Assembly (NCBI GenBank): GCA_964628025.1
Contig: CAZVLL010000012.1
Location: 12,784-76,783 of the forward strand
Reading direction: 5' to 3'
Source: an uncultured Syntrophaceae bacterium
Lineage (GTDB): Bacteria > Desulfobacterota > Syntrophia > Syntrophales > UBA2192
Length of the DNA stretch: 64,000 nucleotides
In this document: in pieces, positions 1 through 8,490 of the stretch
How the letters are laid out: each line of letters begins with the position of its first letter
Numbering within the stretch: the first letter of the stretch is position 1
Position numbers and translations under genes: made by a program
Notes under the pieces: generated by a model
Told to the model about the DNA's origin: nothing
The model's input: the letters and a program-made list of their open reading frames with translations, nothing else
Databases searched by the model: none

Positions 1-150
1 GGGCTGGACGGGCTCGGCTGTCGCCACGGAAGCACGCTCAGGCTGCGGCTGCGATGCCGGAGAATCCTGTCCGGCCTTCACGGCGTACATGATGACTGCA
101 CCCGCAAGGAAGGCCAGGACGGACACGAGATAGGGTCGGATGCGTTTCAT
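1..150 (-). CDS. 5' part of a membrane-anchored or exported protein that runs off the window edge, downstream of the T2SS operon
   Basis: Manual translation from ATG at 150: MKRIRPYLVSVLAFLAGAVIMYAVKAGQDSPASQPQPERAS..., open to position 1. AAAGGAG RBS upstream. N-terminus is basic then hydrophobic. Confidence 0.7.
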   Translation of the reverse strand, partial: MKRIRPYLVSVLAFLAGAVIMYAVKAGQDSPASQPQPERASVATAEPVQP

Positions 151-294
151 CTCGGCGGGGTCTCCTTTAATCAAGCTTGGTGAATTCCTCGAAGTTTTTA
201 CTTTGTCATCCTGTAAAATGGTCTTTTCTGATTTTGTCCTCGAGGATCGCTGACGCGGCGGATAGAAACACACCGGCGGCCCGGAGAAGTCCCG

Positions 295-1029
295 TCATCG
301 TAGCTGATAAGCGGGGGCGGTGCGTCCTCTTCTCGAAGGTACTACATTGGGATTCTGCTCTGTGGAGACCGGAGGCTGAGTAAGTACGGTCGCCCCGGGC
401 TTCAACGGGGTTTGCACGGCGGTCCCCGGTTGCTGCGGGGCCGGCATGATAGAGGGTGCGGGCGGCGGGACGGCGGGCATGGGTCGGCTTGCTGCAGGCT
501 GCGCCGAGGCCTCTCCGGCGCGTCGGCTGTCTTTTGCATCGAGAGGGACAACGATGCGGTCATCCCCTCTGGTCAGGACGATCTGGTTCGGTCCCACCTC
601 CTGCAGGACATAGCCGCTCACGGTTTCACCCTTTTTGACGGCCATCTGCCGCTTGCCACGGCCGGGCGTCGAATAGGGTGCCTTTCGATCTTCCACGTAA
701 GCGATGCTTGTCTCCGACGTGATCAGGGTTCCGAAGAGGACCAGGTCGGGCCTCGGCACCTCTTTTTCTGCTTTGTCCGGGGGCATCTTTCGTTCGGGGT
801 GGAAAAGATTCTGCTCCGTGATCATGGCATAATCCAGGGGAGATCGGCTCGCAGCAAGGCCCGGCTCGCCTGTTGTTGCCGGGGCGGGTTCGACCACGGT
901 GGCGGGCGCGACGTCGATCCCGAGGCTGAAAAAGAGAGAGGCGGAGTAGATCATCGTGCCAAGCAGCATCGCCGCAAGGAGGATGTTCAGAAGGGTGAGG
1001 TTTCCTGCCAGCCTTCGCGCACGGGTCAT
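295..1029 (-). CDS. gspC: Type II secretion system protein C-like (TM + HR domain, Pro-rich tail, no PDZ)
   Basis: N-terminal TM helix; HR-like segment LVLFGTLI...AYVED...VKKGETVSGYVLQEVGPNQIVL; last gene of the gsp operon. Confidence 0.7.
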   Translation of the reverse strand: MTRARRLAGNLTLLNILLAAMLLGTMIYSASLFFSLGIDVAPATVVEPAPATTGEPGLAASRSPLDYAMITEQNLFHPERKMPPDKAEKEVPRPDLVLFGTLITSETSIAYVEDRKAPYSTPGRGKRQMAVKKGETVSGYVLQEVGPNQIVLTRGDDRIVVPLDAKDSRRAGEASAQPAASRPMPAVPPPAPSIMPAPQQPGTAVQTPLKPGATVLTQPPVSTEQNPNVVPSRRGRTAPAYQLR

Positions 1030-1030
1030 G

Positions 1031-1597
1031 TCAACGTCCTCCCGTCAGCCCCGAGACACGGAGCTTTACGGTCAGCTCCCGCGGTTCCCGGAAGTTGCGG
1101 AGCCTTGAGTCCATCTCCCGTACAACAAGAAAAGGGGTCTGGTTCTCGATGGCGTAAAGCGTCTCCGCCAGGGCCTTCGTGTCCGGAAAGACGGCGTCGA
1201 CGGTCACGCTGATGATCTTGAGTTTCCCGTAGTCCTCGGGCTTTTCGCTGCGCTCGCTGGCGATGGTTCCTCCCCGGGCAGTGATGATGCTCGAGAGGCT
1301 GTTCTGCAGCGCGGCGGCCGCCACGGAAGGGGTCTGACCCTGGATCAGCTTGACCTCCTCGGCCCTGCGAGCCTCCTTCAGGGAGGTCAGCTTCGTCTCG
1401 AGGGCGGGCTTTCGGGCCAGAAGGGTCAGCGATTTCTCGAGGGTCTTCATCTTGACCGCTGTAAGCTCCGTGGCCTGTCCGATTTCTTCTTCCAGACGGA
1501 GGTAGCCGTACTGGTAGACCACAAGCACCAGCAGAACGGCAACCGCCGGGATGGTCGCCACTAGGAACTTACTGCTTTTTATTCGGTTCCAGTCCAT
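1031..1597 (-). CDS. gspM: Type II secretion system protein M (GspM/PilO-like)
   Basis: Single TM, coiled coil and ferredoxin-like C-terminus; lies directly after gspL. Confidence 0.8.
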   Translation of the reverse strand: MDWNRIKSSKFLVATIPAVAVLLVLVVYQYGYLRLEEEIGQATELTAVKMKTLEKSLTLLARKPALETKLTSLKEARRAEEVKLIQGQTPSVAAAALQNSLSSIITARGGTIASERSEKPEDYGKLKIISVTVDAVFPDTKALAETLYAIENQTPFLVVREMDSRLRNFREPRELTVKLRVSGLTGGR

Positions 1598-3095
1598 CAC
1601 GCTTGAATCCTTCCAGTTCCATGCGGATTGTGAAACGATCGGAATTGAGTCTTGCGTCGCGGAACGTAGGCGACGCGAACTCCACCTTTTTGAAATAGGG
1701 AGACGCCTCGAGAAGAGGCAGGATCTCCGTTGCTGTTGCGGAGTATCCCTCGATGTCCATGGAGTCGTCGGTGATGCGAGCTCTCGAGAGCCAGGTGTTC
1801 TTCGGCATGATCGCCGTCATCTCCCTGAGAATTTCCAGATAGACCGGTCGCTGTTCTTTAAAACGGTAAATGGACGCGATGTCGGTCTCGATGGCCTCCA
1901 CCTCCCGCTTGATTGCATCGGCCTTGCGGACGTCATCTTTGTACAGATCGAGCTGCCGTTCGATTTCCGCGATCCGGCGTTCTTCGAGCTGCAGCGGTGA
2001 CACGAGAAGAAAAAGTCCCGCGGCCATCAGCGCCAGAACGAGAACTGCCGTCAGGGCGAGAGGAACCTTTTTCGCAGAGTGAACACCGCGCTCCAGTAGG
2101 TTCATCCCCCGGGCTTCCGGTGCGACCATAGCCACGATGCCCCCCAGAGCGGCCAGGGAGGTTCCTTTGGGCGTTTCGCCCATTCGGTCCCGGAGAATAT
2201 CCGTTTGTATGATTTTAACCGGCCGGCCCATCCTCTCGGCCAGGTCCTTCCCGGCCTCTTCGGTGCGCGCCGCGATGATCCACAGAGGATCCCCTCCCGG
2301 CAGATGCCTGTCCAGCAACCCCCGTATCTCTGTTGTCAGGTCCTGAGCCTTCCGCTGGAGATCCTTCGACAGGAAGGCCCCCGAGAAGGTGAGGGAGAGT
2401 ACCCCGTTTTCCAGAAGTCCCCCTTCGTATCCTTCCTCCGTTGGTTTCACGAAGACGCAGGATTCCGTCCGGTATGCGGCCCGGCAAAGCGACCCCAGGG
2501 CATCGAGTTCCGAGACGACCTTGCGAACTTCAATGCCTCGCTCTTTCAGGGCGTCCAGGTACGGATGGATTCGATCGATCCTCATGGCGGCCACGGCCAG
2601 CCGTATTTTTTCCGCATCCTGCCCGATGATGCCGTAATCGTAATAGGCCTCATCGGTGGCCAGAGGGGTCAGACGGTCCAGCTCGTATCCGACGACTTTT
2701 GACAGATGCTCGCCGACGGTCGGCGGCATCTCCGTTCTTCGGGTGATCACCCAGGACCCCGGCACGACCAGGATCACCTCGGCCCCTGCCGCCTTGAGGT
2801 CCGTCATGGCCAGTTTCAGATCGGCGGCCAGGGCCTGCGCCGGGTGAATGTTTCTCTCCTCGAGGGCGTAAAAACGCCGGCCGCCGAGGCGGGTCCGACC
2901 CATCGACCTCGTTGCGGACAGTACGTCAAGGCCGCCTTCGGCGACCACGGCGCAAAGGTATCCGGCGGGCCAGTACGCGTCGTCGGCAGCACTCATGGAG
3001 AGGACTTTCCAGAGGGCCTTGCCTATCCTTTCGGCATCCCGCGATGCTGCGGCGAACATGGACGAGGCCCGGTTCAACACCTCGGTTCTGTTCAT
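1569..3095 (-). CDS. gspL: Type II secretion system protein L (cytoplasmic actin-like domain + TM + PilN-like domain)
   Basis: YELDRLTPL...AYYDY motif, TM near residue 345, PilN-like WLSRARI...IEGYS...LEASPYFKKVEF. Confidence 0.85.
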   Translation of the reverse strand: MNRTEVLNRASSMFAAASRDAERIGKALWKVLSMSAADDAYWPAGYLCAVVAEGGLDVLSATRSMGRTRLGGRRFYALEERNIHPAQALAADLKLAMTDLKAAGAEVILVVPGSWVITRRTEMPPTVGEHLSKVVGYELDRLTPLATDEAYYDYGIIGQDAEKIRLAVAAMRIDRIHPYLDALKERGIEVRKVVSELDALGSLCRAAYRTESCVFVKPTEEGYEGGLLENGVLSLTFSGAFLSKDLQRKAQDLTTEIRGLLDRHLPGGDPLWIIAARTEEAGKDLAERMGRPVKIIQTDILRDRMGETPKGTSLAALGGIVAMVAPEARGMNLLERGVHSAKKVPLALTAVLVLALMAAGLFLLVSPLQLEERRIAEIERQLDLYKDDVRKADAIKREVEAIETDIASIYRFKEQRPVYLEILREMTAIMPKNTWLSRARITDDSMDIEGYSATATEILPLLEASPYFKKVEFASPTFRDARLNSDRFTIRMELEGFKRDGLEPNKKQ

Positions 3096-4084
3096 GGCTT
3101 CACCCCCGAAGGGCTTTTGTAGGACAGGATGCGATATCCCGGTGAGGTCTCAAACGTGACGGTGGCGGTGATCATGTGGCCCTTCTGTTCCTTGTCATGG
3201 TATCCCACGGCCGTCAGCGAGTACGTCGCGGACTCTCCGGTTCCCACATAAGGCGCCATAAGCGCGTAGTCCCCGCCGACGAGGTCTCTGATGTCATTGA
3301 GCCCCCGGATCTCCGCCGACTTCCGGTATTCGACGATCCGGTCGGCCGCGTCGGCCGCCATCCCGGGGATGGCCAGGAGCACCGGTCTCGGCGCCGCTCC
3401 CAGATTTACCTTGTCGATCTTCGACGCGATGGTGAGGAAGGGGTAGATCCCCTGCCTTCCCTCGGAGCCGTACAGGATGTCTGCGCTCATTCCCCTGACA
3501 AGCAGCAACTCCTCCAACGCCTCGAAGGGGGCGTTTCGAGGCTTGTAGGGGTTCGGCAGCGATGCGTAGTACTCGTCCTCGGCGCCGTTGAGCCGATGGA
3601 GGTTGTCTTCGTCTTTCCAGTCGAGGATGGAGTCGACGATAATATCCGCCTGCTCCGGCGTAACTTGTGACTGCGCCAGCAGGTTTTTCAGGACGATGCC
3701 CGTGGCGTCCGTCAGGGCATTGATATTGATTTTCCCTGATTCATCGAGGATGGAGACGCGGTAGTTCCCCTCGCCGAGCCGCTCATAGTAAGGCGTCCCG
3801 TCCGTTCGCCAGACCTCGCGACCCTCCAGGATCACGGTCTGGCCGCGGTTTACCCGCCGGTACTGGATCTCCATGATCCCTCTCTCCATCGCGGCTTCGG
3901 CGAGGAACTTGTTTTCCAGTCCCGTCCGAAAGGCCAGGGCTGCTGCCGTTTCCCCCCGCGTCTGGCCGGCGAAGGATAGGACGACGCCCATCAGGATGAT
4001 CATGACCCAGAGAACCAGCATCAGCGCAATGCCTCTCTCGGCCGCGAGACCTTTCCGATGATGGTTGTCCGCCTGCGTCGCCAT
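3092..4084 (-). CDS. gspK: Type II secretion minor pseudopilin K
   Basis: RGIALMLVLWV prepilin-like start without E5; DESGKININ, IVDSILDWKDED and helix-hairpin motifs. Start placed at the ATG 2 nt after the gspJ stop. Confidence 0.92.
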   Translation of the reverse strand: MATQADNHHRKGLAAERGIALMLVLWVMIILMGVVLSFAGQTRGETAAALAFRTGLENKFLAEAAMERGIMEIQYRRVNRGQTVILEGREVWRTDGTPYYERLGEGNYRVSILDESGKININALTDATGIVLKNLLAQSQVTPEQADIIVDSILDWKDEDNLHRLNGAEDEYYASLPNPYKPRNAPFEALEELLLVRGMSADILYGSEGRQGIYPFLTIASKIDKVNLGAAPRPVLLAIPGMAADAADRIVEYRKSAEIRGLNDIRDLVGGDYALMAPYVGTGESATYSLTAVGYHDKEQKGHMITATVTFETSPGYRILSYKSPSGVKP

Positions 4085-4086
4085 GA

Positions 4087-4743
4087 TCAGGATTTCCCTC
4101 CCGATTGTGTCCATGCTGTCGGCGTCAGATTTCCCATCGACCGCAGGGGCACCTCGATTGTCCTTCTCCAGGATCCCGAGGCCATGATGATACGCACTTT
4201 CCGGGGCAGATCCGTTCCATCCTGCCAGTCCTCGACCCACTGGTCCGTATCGGCCGTGAGCCCTTTGTGGAAATAGGAGAAGGACATTTCATTGAGACCA
4301 TCGAGAAGCCTTGTTTCCCGGAGTTGCTCGGTTCCGATAATCTGCTCCGTCAGGCGCAGGGACATTTTGCCGTCGATGTTTCTCTCGACCCGGTACGTGG
4401 CCACGACATAGCCCTTTTCCGCGCCCCAGAGAGAATGATTTGTTGAGAGCCGGAGCGTCGAGGAGTCGCCCTGAAAATAATACCGATCGGCATCGTTCTC
4501 TCTGTAGGTCAACGGCAGCATGGACTGGATCTGGGCGTCCAGCACTGAGACTGTCGAGCGGATCCGTTCGAGATGCTCGACCTTCCTGTCTCCCGACGCG
4601 ACAGAGCGCTGCCCCAGTCTCAGGGCTCCCGATGCGATGAGCACAACGGACAGAACCAGGACGACTGCGATGAGGATCTCCAGAAGGGTGAACCCCTTTT
4701 CGTCATTACGAGCCAAGCCTTGCGAGGCGTGGTAATCTTCCAT
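4087..4743 (-). CDS. gspJ: Type II secretion minor pseudopilin J
   Basis: Prepilin motif KG|FTLLEILIAV; operon position. Confidence 0.88.
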   Translation of the reverse strand: MEDYHASQGLARNDEKGFTLLEILIAVVLVLSVVLIASGALRLGQRSVASGDRKVEHLERIRSTVSVLDAQIQSMLPLTYRENDADRYYFQGDSSTLRLSTNHSLWGAEKGYVVATYRVERNIDGKMSLRLTEQIIGTEQLRETRLLDGLNEMSFSYFHKGLTADTDQWVEDWQDGTDLPRKVRIIMASGSWRRTIEVPLRSMGNLTPTAWTQSGGKS

Positions 4744-4779
4744 CGATAACTCCGTGCCCTTGGGGTCCGGGGCTCACAA

Positions 4780-5229
4780 CTATGCGCCGGACAGCGGGGC
4801 CTCTCCGCCCCGCACGGCCTTGTCGATAGTCTTGAGTGTGCGCAGGGTCAACTGCCGGTTTTTGGATCCCCAGTTCCAATGAAGCATCACGCTGATATCG
4901 AAAACGCGGACGGACAGACCCTCGGTCCGGTCCTTCAGCGTCTCGACGACGGCCACATCGATCCGGTGGCCTTCGCTGTCAACCTCCTGCCAGGCGGCTT
5001 CGACAAGGGATCCCGCTTCGACGATCTGGCGCAGCCGCGCCTCTCCGGCAAGAGATGCGGAAAGATAATCCTCCGATGCCGAAAGCGCCCGCGTGCCGGC
5101 CGCGAAGAGTTGCAGGATCATCGCGATGGAAATCCCGAGCAGCGCAAGGGCGACCAGGATCTCCAGCAGGGTAAACCCTTCTTCCCTGTCGTGTCTGGCA
5201 AGCATCTGCTTGATGTTCCATTTACTCAT
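4780..5229 (-). CDS. gspI: Type II secretion minor pseudopilin I
   Basis: Prepilin motif EG|FTLLEILVAL; short pseudopilin between H and J. Confidence 0.88.
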   Translation of the reverse strand: MSKWNIKQMLARHDREEGFTLLEILVALALLGISIAMILQLFAAGTRALSASEDYLSASLAGEARLRQIVEAGSLVEAAWQEVDSEGHRIDVAVVETLKDRTEGLSVRVFDISVMLHWNWGSKNRQLTLRTLKTIDKAVRGGEAPLSGA

Positions 5230-5259
5230 TCGTTAATGGCCTTGCCCTGAGCCCCATCT

Positions 5260-5282
5260 GTCACCCTGAGCCGGTCGAAGGG
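5260..5282. repeat. REP-like short repeat remnant (GTCACCCTGAGCCGGTCGAAGGG)
   Basis: Resembles the widespread CCCTTCGAC..GCTCAGGGTGAC intergenic repeat family; partial second copy GCCCTGAGCC just upstream; sits in the gspH-gspI gap. Confidence 0.45.
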
Positions 5283-5297
5283 TGCATCCCGAGTTCG

Positions 5298-5750
5298 CTA
5301 TTTTATCACCACGGCCCCGATGACGGGGTCCGTCTCGATCACGAGCTTCCGGCGCCCGCTCGTCAGCTGTATCGACCCGCCCCCGGCAGCACCGGACTCA
5401 TAAAACCGGATGGTATAACGCCCCCGTAGGACTTCCCCTTCAACAGGGTCAATGACTCGGACGCCTATTTCCGGTGGAATGTCGCGCTGCGCGAGGCCGC
5501 CGATCCCGTATTGCCGGGCGTCGAGATCGACGGTGAACGTCTTGCGCTCATTGTCGGTACGGGCCAGGGTCCTGGTGTAACGCATCGCTGCCGAAATCTC
5601 CCTTCCTGTCGCGTCAAGCCGGGCCGACGGCAGCCGGCCAGCGAAAAAGGGTGTCGCGACACCGAGGATGAGAACGATCAACAGGAGGACCAACAGGACC
5701 TCCAAGAGCGTGAACCCCTCGTTGTCTCTGCCTTGCCTGATGCTGCGCAT
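5298..5750 (-). CDS. gspH: Type II secretion minor pseudopilin H (GspH/FimT-like)
   Basis: EG|FTLLEVLLVL; C-terminal IRFYESGAAGGGSIQL...IETDPVIG. Confidence 0.88.
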   Translation of the reverse strand: MRSIRQGRDNEGFTLLEVLLVLLLIVLILGVATPFFAGRLPSARLDATGREISAAMRYTRTLARTDNERKTFTVDLDARQYGIGGLAQRDIPPEIGVRVIDPVEGEVLRGRYTIRFYESGAAGGGSIQLTSGRRKLVIETDPVIGAVVIK

Positions 5751-5774
5751 TGCCTTCCAGCCTTGCCTTTTCCC

Positions 5775-6968
5775 TCAGAAGGGCACTTCGGTGATGCTGA
5801 AAACGGCCATCAGCATCGAGACCACGATGAAGCCAATGAGGACGCCCATGACCAGGATCAGGACAGGTTCCAGCAGGCTGATGAATCGCTTCACGGCCTG
5901 CTTCAGGCTCTTTTCGTAGCTTCCGGCCACCTTGAGGAGCATTTCGTCGAGCCTGCCTGTCTCTTCGCCGACCTTGATCATGGACAGGGCGAGGGAGGGG
6001 AAGACCTTTGCGTCGGCGAGAGGGGCGGCGATTCCTTTGCCTTCCTTGGCTCCCCGGCTCACGTCCCGGATCGCCGCGGAGATCGCGCGGTTGCCGATGA
6101 CGTCGCGGGCGTTTTCCAGGGCCTGCAGCAGGGGTACCCCGCTTCGCAGCAGCGTGCCCAGTGTCCGGCAAAACCGGGCCGTTTCAAGTTTCCGAACCAG
6201 ATCGTCCATCAGGCGCAACTTTATCGCATCCCACCGGTAGCGTCCCTGCTCCGTCCGCAGATAGCCCCGGAATGCGATCCCGCCCGCTGCCGCAAGCAGC
6301 AGAAGAAGCCATCCATAGGCCTGCAGTCCTCCCGACACGGCGAGAAGAACCTTTGTGGGCACCGGCAGCGAGCTTCCCAGTTCGGCGAAGATCACCGAGA
6401 ACTTGGGGAGAACATAGGCAAGCAGAATGGCGATCGAAACGGCGCCCGTCACGGTCAGGATGGCTGGATAGATCATGGCCGAGACGACCTGATCCCGCAG
6501 TTCCTTTGTCGATTCGAGATACTCGTTAAGCTTGTCGAGGACCACGTCCAGAACGCCGCCCGCCTCGCCCGCCCGAATCAGGTTGACATAGAGCCGGGGG
6601 AAGACTCCCGGGTGACGCTGCAGGGCGTCCGAGAAGGAGCTTCCCTCCCGGATGGATTTCAGGATTGATTGGGTCACTTCCCGCATTTCCTTGCTTTCGG
6701 AGATCTCCGAGAGGATTCCGAGTCCGCGGTCCAGGGGAAGCCCTGCACCGAGAAGCGCCGAGAGCTCCGATGTGAAGGACAGCAGGTCGCCCTGACCGGA
6801 GCGCAGCCTTACCGGCAGGCGCCATTCCTCCCGGGGCACCTTTACCTCCAGAGGGATGAGGCCGCTCGAGCGCAGCTGCTCCACGGCCGCCTTTTCGTCG
6901 GGGGCTTCGATGACGCCGTCGGCCACAACGCCGTCCCGCGTGGTCGAGCGATAGGAAAATACAGCCAC
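5775..6968 (-). CDS. gspF: Type II secretion inner-membrane platform protein F
   Basis: MAVFSY..., two T2SSF repeats (AGEAGGVLD; VGEETGRLD), three TM helices. Confidence 0.96.
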   Translation of the reverse strand: MAVFSYRSTTRDGVVADGVIEAPDEKAAVEQLRSSGLIPLEVKVPREEWRLPVRLRSGQGDLLSFTSELSALLGAGLPLDRGLGILSEISESKEMREVTQSILKSIREGSSFSDALQRHPGVFPRLYVNLIRAGEAGGVLDVVLDKLNEYLESTKELRDQVVSAMIYPAILTVTGAVSIAILLAYVLPKFSVIFAELGSSLPVPTKVLLAVSGGLQAYGWLLLLLAAAGGIAFRGYLRTEQGRYRWDAIKLRLMDDLVRKLETARFCRTLGTLLRSGVPLLQALENARDVIGNRAISAAIRDVSRGAKEGKGIAAPLADAKVFPSLALSMIKVGEETGRLDEMLLKVAGSYEKSLKQAVKRFISLLEPVLILVMGVLIGFIVVSMLMAVFSITEVPF

Positions 6969-6969
6969 C

Positions 6970-8490
6970 TCATGCCTCCTGGGTCACTCTCAGAATCTCG
7001 CTCAGGGTCGTGACGCCGGCCGTTACCTTCTCGGCCCCGTCCTCGAGGAGCGTCTTCATTCCGCCCTGACGGGCCGCTTCGCGGATGTCGGCGGAGTCGG
7101 CGTTCTTGAGGATCAGCCGTCGGACCGCCTCGTCCACAACGAGAAGCTCGAAAATCCCGCTTCGCCCGTAGTATCCCGTGAAGGCGCATCGTTCGCATCC
7201 TCTGCCCCGGTAGAGGGTCGCCCCGGGTTCGATGCCCAGCAGTCGCAACTCCGCGCGCCTGGCCTCGTCAGGGTCTTCCTCCCGGCAGGACAGGCAGATG
7301 ACCCGCACGAGCCTCTGGGCGAGGATTCCCCGGACGGTCGACGACAACAGAAAATTCTCGACACCGATGTCCAGCAGCCTCGTGATGGAGCTGGGCGCAT
7401 CGTTGGTGTGAAGCGTCGAGAAGACCAGGTGTCCCGTGAGGGCGGACTGCACGGCGATCTCCGCCGTTTCGAGGTCCCGGATCTCGCCGATCATGATGAT
7501 GTCGGGGTCCTGCCTGACGATGTGGCGCAGGGCACCGGCAAAGGTAAGCCCGATCTGCGGTTTGACCTGGATCTGGTTGACGCCCTTGAGCTGGTATTCG
7601 ACGGGGTCCTCGACGGTGATGATCTTTCTGTCTGGCGAGTTAATCCGAGCGAGGGCGCCGTAGAGCGTCGTAGTTTTTCCGCTGCCCGTCGGGCCCGTGA
7701 CCAGGAGGATCCCGTTGGGTTTCGCGATGAGCTGCACAAAGGGCGCCAGGGTGCCGGGCGAGAAGCCGAGGCGGTCGAGGTCGATGACCACCTCGCCCCG
7801 GTCCAGGATCCGCATCACCACGCTTTCGCCGTACAGGACCGGAATGGTGGAAACCCGGAAGTCGATTTCCTTTTCGCTCACCCGCAGGCGGATGCGCCCG
7901 TCCTGGGGGAGCCTCCGCTCGGCGATGTTGAGCTTTGCCATGATCTTCACCCGCGAGACAACAGCGGCCTGGAGCCTTTTCGGCGCCGATTCGACGTCGT
8001 GAAGAACGCCGTCAATCCGGTAACGCACCCGGAGTTCGTCTTCGAAGGGCTCAATGTGAATGTCGCTGGCCCGGCTCTCGACGGCCCGGGTGATCAGCAG
8101 GTTGACGAGCTTGATGATGGGCGCCTCCGATGCCAGGTCCTTCAGGTGCCCGATATCCTCTTCTTCGTCCCGGATGAAATCGAGGCCTTTATCGTCGATA
8201 TTTTCGATGAGCTTGTTGATGTCCTGGGATTCCTGTCCGTAGAAGCGCGACAGGTAGTCGTCGATCATCTTCCCGTCGCCGGTGCAGATAACGACGTCCG
8301 CCGCGAGCGCGATGCGCAGGGCATCGATAACTCCCCGGTCGTCGGGGTCCGCCATGAGAACCTTCAGGACATTGTTTCGCAGCTCCAGCGGGACGACCCG
8401 GTTTTCGCGGATGAACCGGGTCGAAAGACCGTTGAGGACCAGGGGGACCTTTGGGAGATCCTCCGGCTGCAGGACGGAGATGGTGTTCAT
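6970..8490 (-). CDS. gspE: Type II secretion ATPase E
   Basis: ASDIHIEP, Walker A GPTGSGKTTTLY, RQDPDIIMIGEIRD, tetracysteine CLSC...CERC. Confidence 0.97.
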   Translation of the reverse strand: MNTISVLQPEDLPKVPLVLNGLSTRFIRENRVVPLELRNNVLKVLMADPDDRGVIDALRIALAADVVICTGDGKMIDDYLSRFYGQESQDINKLIENIDDKGLDFIRDEEEDIGHLKDLASEAPIIKLVNLLITRAVESRASDIHIEPFEDELRVRYRIDGVLHDVESAPKRLQAAVVSRVKIMAKLNIAERRLPQDGRIRLRVSEKEIDFRVSTIPVLYGESVVMRILDRGEVVIDLDRLGFSPGTLAPFVQLIAKPNGILLVTGPTGSGKTTTLYGALARINSPDRKIITVEDPVEYQLKGVNQIQVKPQIGLTFAGALRHIVRQDPDIIMIGEIRDLETAEIAVQSALTGHLVFSTLHTNDAPSSITRLLDIGVENFLLSSTVRGILAQRLVRVICLSCREEDPDEARRAELRLLGIEPGATLYRGRGCERCAFTGYYGRSGIFELLVVDEAVRRLILKNADSADIREAARQGGMKTLLEDGAEKVTAGVTTLSEILRVTQEA

